DNA from: Candidatus Thalassarchaeaceae archaeon
GTDB lineage: Archaea; Thermoplasmatota; Poseidoniia; Poseidoniales; Thalassarchaeaceae
Reading direction: 5' to 3'
Assembly (NCBI GenBank): GCA_023700245.1
Contig: JAJPRE010000002.1
Coordinates: forward strand, 34,363 to 98,362
DNA: 64,000 bases
Positions 60,747 through 64,000 of this stretch are shown one piece after another. A model generated the notes under the pieces. It was not told the DNA's origin. It saw only the letters and a program-made list of their open reading frames with translations, and searched no databases. The position numbers and the translations under genes were made by a program. Within the stretch, counting starts at the first letter, position 1. Each line of letters opens with the position of its first letter.

Positions 60747-62821
60747 TATTTCTTAATTGCAGGTTCTGGAAAATGCTCAAAAAATGATTTTGTAAATTTT
60801 TCAGTTCTTAGATAATTGCTAGTTTGTCTTATTTGTAATGAATTAGGCATACATATTTTATAATTTCTGTTAAGTAACCTGTTTTCTAATAGTACTACAA
60901 GTGCCCTATCTTCTCCTTTTCTAATTGGTCTGCCGATTGCCTGCATCAGGCTATTAACTGCTGGCTGAGAGCTAGAATAACGCCATGCCAAGATACTTCC
61001 AAATCTTTTTTCATAATATGACTTTAATGCATTTTGCCTTGCACTTGGAGGGGCGAGAGGAAGGCCAACGCAAATAACTGCATCCAATATATTTTCAGGA
61101 TAATCTACTCCTTCTGAGAATTTTCCCCCCAATACTCCTATAAGTATACATCTTTCTCCTTTTTTTCTACTTTCATGCAATTTATTTACCTTCTTTCCAA
61201 CCTCTCCTTTGGACATCATTCTCCTCTCGATAATATGGTGAGTTATGGACCATGGAATCCAAGAAGAACCCTCATGATTAACGATATTGTCCAACATCAT
61301 ATAGCTAGGAAAAAATAATGCTATATTCCCATTTGTATTATCTAATACTGATTTAATGTGCATCCTTATATTGTGAGAATTATTCATTCCTCTGTCCGTA
61401 AATTTTGTAGTGACATCCCTTGCAATTAAAATTGGTCGCCTATTTGACAAAAAATCTGATTTGTATTCTTTAGCAATAACTTCTCTATCCTCGGGAATTT
61501 GTAAGATATCTGAATACATCCCAGGAGGATAAAGTGTACCTGACATAATTATTGCCCCACTCGTTTTTTCAAATAATGGTCCACTCACTACTCCCGGATC
61601 TAGTAAAAAACTTCGAACTATTATTTTCTCTCGTTCGCCTATTTTATCTATTACAAGAGCCAATGCTGAACTATTCATGTATTCTAAACAAGTATCTAAC
61701 ATTTCTCCAAGTCTTGAACATGCCGTGGTTTCATCTCCTTCTGAATCTATTGAATCATCATTTTCAACTTTAACTATTGATAATTGATTTATCATTTTTC
61801 TTAGTACGGCAAAATTTTTATTATTTTTAAATTCCAAAGATTCCATTAAAATAGAATTAATTTCTCCCAAAAAATCATCCGTTTCAATTTTCATATCCTT
61901 TTCATTTTTTAATAATCCTTCTTTAGAGTTAAACCATTTTTTCATCTCTTTTCTTAGTTTATTCAGTTGTTTTGTAGTACTTCTTATATCTTCAATTTCC
62001 TTATTTCCGTATGGATTATCTACTTCTATTTGTTTTAATTTATTCTCTTTATTACCTAAGAATTCTTCTAATTCGCTATATGCGTCTTCAAATGTCCTGT
62101 GTTCGACGATTCTCTCTAGGCCATTCCTTATCCTATCTGGTAAATTATGAGCTTCATCAACAATTAATATAGTATTTTCTAATTCAACTCCCATCGCCGG
62201 AAGAGATAATTCCATTACATTTTCGATAAATACATGATTATAATCACAGACTATGACTCTAGCCCCTTTGGCCGCAAATCTTGCAGCAGCCCAAGGGCAA
62301 GACTCAACCTTTTCTGCTAATTCTATAATTTCCTCAACATGCATTGGACTTTCTAAAATTCTATTTGCTAACCTTATCCTTCTAGATTTTCTAGATCCTT
62401 CTTCTATATTTACCTCACAAGAACACTCACCGGTTAGTGGTTGAATATTTTTACACATTCCTTCTCTGCCAATTATGTCTACTAATTTTATATCAGGTAT
62501 AGTCGAAATTTCACGTTCATTTAATGACTTTATGGTATCAACTACGATTTTGTGTTGAGATTGCCGACCTGTTAAAAACAGTATTTTTTTATCATTAACC
62601 GAATCGTATGAAATTTTTAATGCAGCAGCCAATGATGCAGCTGTTTTTCCTATTCCAGTTGGGGCCGCGGCTAGCAAAAATCCATTTTCTCTTAATGTAT
62701 TTATGCCATCTTCTAGCATCTCCTTTTGTGAAGGTCTAAGGGTATCATGGGCAAAAAATTTCATGTTGGTTGACATTTCTTCCTCACCCACCTTTTTTGA
62801 TGCTGGCAATAGAACGACCAA
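60743..62821 (-). CDS. xpd: XPD/Rad3-family 5'-3' DNA helicase (Fe-S, DEAH)
   Basis: Walker A AAPTGIGKTAASL, four Cys in the FeS domain (CKN...GECSCE...SCPW), DEAH box IVDEAHNL, an Arch-domain-length insertion, and C-terminal helicase motifs V/VI (GKFSEGVDYP...QAIGRPIRKGEDRA). The likely start is MKFFAHD. Confidence 0.85.
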   Translation of the reverse strand: MVVLLPASKKVGEEEMSTNMKFFAHDTLRPSQKEMLEDGINTLRENGFLLAAAPTGIGKTAASLAAALKISYDSVNDKKILFLTGRQSQHKIVVDTIKSLNEREISTIPDIKLVDIIGREGMCKNIQPLTGECSCEVNIEEGSRKSRRIRLANRILESPMHVEEIIELAEKVESCPWAAARFAAKGARVIVCDYNHVFIENVMELSLPAMGVELENTILIVDEAHNLPDRIRNGLERIVEHRTFEDAYSELEEFLGNKENKLKQIEVDNPYGNKEIEDIRSTTKQLNKLRKEMKKWFNSKEGLLKNEKDMKIETDDFLGEINSILMESLEFKNNKNFAVLRKMINQLSIVKVENDDSIDSEGDETTACSRLGEMLDTCLEYMNSSALALVIDKIGEREKIIVRSFLLDPGVVSGPLFEKTSGAIIMSGTLYPPGMYSDILQIPEDREVIAKEYKSDFLSNRRPILIARDVTTKFTDRGMNNSHNIRMHIKSVLDNTNGNIALFFPSYMMLDNIVNHEGSSWIPWSITHHIIERRMMSKGEVGKKVNKLHESRKKGERCILIGVLGGKFSEGVDYPENILDAVICVGLPLAPPSARQNALKSYYEKRFGSILAWRYSSSQPAVNSLMQAIGRPIRKGEDRALVVLLENRLLNRNYKICMPNSLQIRQTSNYLRTEKFTKSFFEHFPEPAIKKY

Positions 62822-62903
62822 TAAGATTGGCCTTTAATGAAAGTATAAAAAATTCTATAATTTATAATTATATATCAATTATAGTAATAGATAACTGATT
62901 ATT

Positions 62904-63140
62904 TTATCTGTACTTATTTCCAAAACTAATTCCATATTTATTATCTGCGACAATCCCGCGAGTAATCCGTGGTGCTTCTTTTGCGTCATAACCAACAGCA
63001 TTGGATAATTTTGCTCTTTTGACTACTCCTCTAAGTCCAATCATTGGCTTAACTCCATTTGTGTGATGTTTGGCGAGGGAGCGTCCCCTTCGCTCCCCCG
63101 CATTTTTTTTGTGCATCCCATCTTTGCTCATTTCTCTCAC
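62904..63140 (-). CDS. Hypothetical small basic protein (78 aa)
   Basis: Lys/Arg-rich. It lies 4 nt downstream of the RHH gene on the same strand. No motif recognised. Confidence 0.35.
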   Translation of the reverse strand: MREMSKDGMHKKNAGERRGRSLAKHHTNGVKPMIGLRGVVKRAKLSNAVGYDAKEAPRITRGIVADNKYGISFGNKYR

Positions 63141-63144
63141 CTAT

Positions 63145-63528
63145 TTATTGAGCGTTCGAATCGTTATTATAATGCGCACGAACTTCTTCCATTCGCGCTG
63201 AAAGTATATTGTCTATAGTCACTCCATCTAAAGTGTCTTTTCGAATATATTCCTTTGCTCCCTGCTTCAATACATTTTCGGCAGAATCTGAATGTAAATC
63301 ACAATAATTCTTCATCCTAATCGTAAGGTCTGGCCCTAAATTAACTTCTACCTTTTCATTTATTGTTGAAAGTGGAGATGAAATAAATTTTCTAATTGCC
63401 TCTCTTATTACGTCTGATCTATTCCTTGACCCATCTAAACCAATTCTTTGATCCAATTCCAAAAGATAGTCTTCAGGTATTCTAAGTGATACCATGGGAC
63501 TGTTACCGGCTAATCTCGGACTCTTCAT
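63145..63528 (-). CDS. Ribbon-helix-helix (CopG/NikR-N-like) DNA-binding protein
   Basis: MVSLRIPEDYLLELDQRIGLDGSRNRSDVIREAIRKFI is a canonical RHH beta-strand plus two helices. The likely start is MVSL at about 63495. Confidence 0.6.
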   Translation of the reverse strand: MKSPRLAGNSPMVSLRIPEDYLLELDQRIGLDGSRNRSDVIREAIRKFISSPLSTINEKVEVNLGPDLTIRMKNYCDLHSDSAENVLKQGAKEYIRKDTLDGVTIDNILSARMEEVRAHYNNDSNAQ

Positions 63529-63677
63529 TGTATCTTCGAGATAGCATTAAGCATATAAATATAATGCAATTGAAAGACAAATGTATTACAATTTTGCATT
63601 TTTTATTCTTTTAATATTTATTTTTAATAGTTTAATTCAAATCAGAGCATTGTTTCGGCAATAATGGAGGAGTATAT

Positions 63678-64000
63678 GTGAAAATCATAAATGATACAAT
63701 TCATGGACAATTTAATATTTCTGGTGTAAGGGAAGAATTACTCAAAACTCCTGAGATGAATAAACTTAGTCATATTAAGCAATTAGGACTTGCCCATCTA
63801 GTTTTCCCTGGAGCGCATCATACACGTTTTGAACACTCTCTTGGAGTATCTCACGTAGCTGGGATGATGGCAAACTCATTAAATCTAGATGAACATGAAA
63901 AACTGACTGTGGAAGTCGCGGGAATGTTACATGATGTAGGTCATGGCCCATATTCTCACACATTGGAACACATTCTTCATGAACAAGGAGGTTTAGATCA
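63678..64000 (+). CDS. HD-domain phosphohydrolase, 3' partial (GTG start)
   Basis: Manual translation: VKIINDTIHGQFNIS...RFEHSLGVSHVAGMMANSL...VAGMLHDVGHGPYSHTLEH, with the H...HD...H metal-ligand pattern. GGAGG lies 6 nt upstream of the GTG. It is absent from the ORF track because there is no stop codon inside the window. Confidence 0.7.
   Translation, partial: MKIINDTIHGQFNISGVREELLKTPEMNKLSHIKQLGLAHLVFPGAHHTRFEHSLGVSHVAGMMANSLNLDEHEKLTVEVAGMLHDVGHGPYSHTLEHILHEQGGLD

Noticed and set aside
63145-63528. NikR (nickel-responsive regulator)
   Set aside because: The RHH N-terminus fits NikR, but the C-terminal domain lacks the His-rich metal site.
1-64000. CRISPR arrays, transposases, integrases, toxin-nuclease domains
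   Set aside because: I saw no spacer-repeat periodicity, no DDE/serine/tyrosine recombinase motifs and no obvious GC-content island. Apart from the surface-protein pair, the window looks like core chromosome.

Overview
This is low-GC (about 36%) chromosomal DNA that reads as archaeal. It encodes a class I LysRS, aIF2-beta, aRF1, aTrm56, a NOG1-type GTPase, an XPD helicase, a GfcR-like HTH-PRTase regulator and a UMP kinase, and several genes sit about 25 nt downstream of a TATA box, suggesting leaderless transcripts. The low GC, the giant N-glycosylation-rich surface proteins and the AapJQMP-type amino-acid transporter make a marine Thermoplasmatota (Marine Group II / Poseidoniales-like) origin my best guess; this is inference, not a search result. 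Nearly all of the window is dense housekeeping sequence, with no CRISPR array, transposase or integrase visible. Recognisable blocks are an amino-acid ABC transporter, an NfeD-flotillin pair, thiolase, folP/folB/pterin genes, carAB, lysK, dut, aIF2-beta, prf1, argS, a complete lipA-E1alpha-E1beta-E2-E3-lipB 2-oxoacid dehydrogenase and lipoylation operon, and one tRNA-Leu(UAA). The stand-out region lies between the tRNA-Leu and the XPD gene at 48.2-60.2 kb. It holds two consecutive, separately promoted giant type-I membrane proteins. The first is 978 aa. The second is 2,980 aa and carries TSP3-like Ca-binding repeats, a transglutaminase-like Cys/His core, about 1,900 aa of beta-sandwich repeats, one TM helix and a cytoplasmic DUF4129-like tail. 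This looks like an expanded, inverted TgpA-like module without the usual MoxR/DUF58 partners. Other points worth a second look are an unannotated 39-aa CPxCG zinc-finger ORF, ABC permeases with large extra N-terminal membrane domains, a TSP3-repeat lipobox esterase, an XPD gene translationally coupled to an unknown 169-aa protein, an RHH plus small basic protein pair next to an HD hydrolase, and a C4 zinc ribbon inserted in aRF1.
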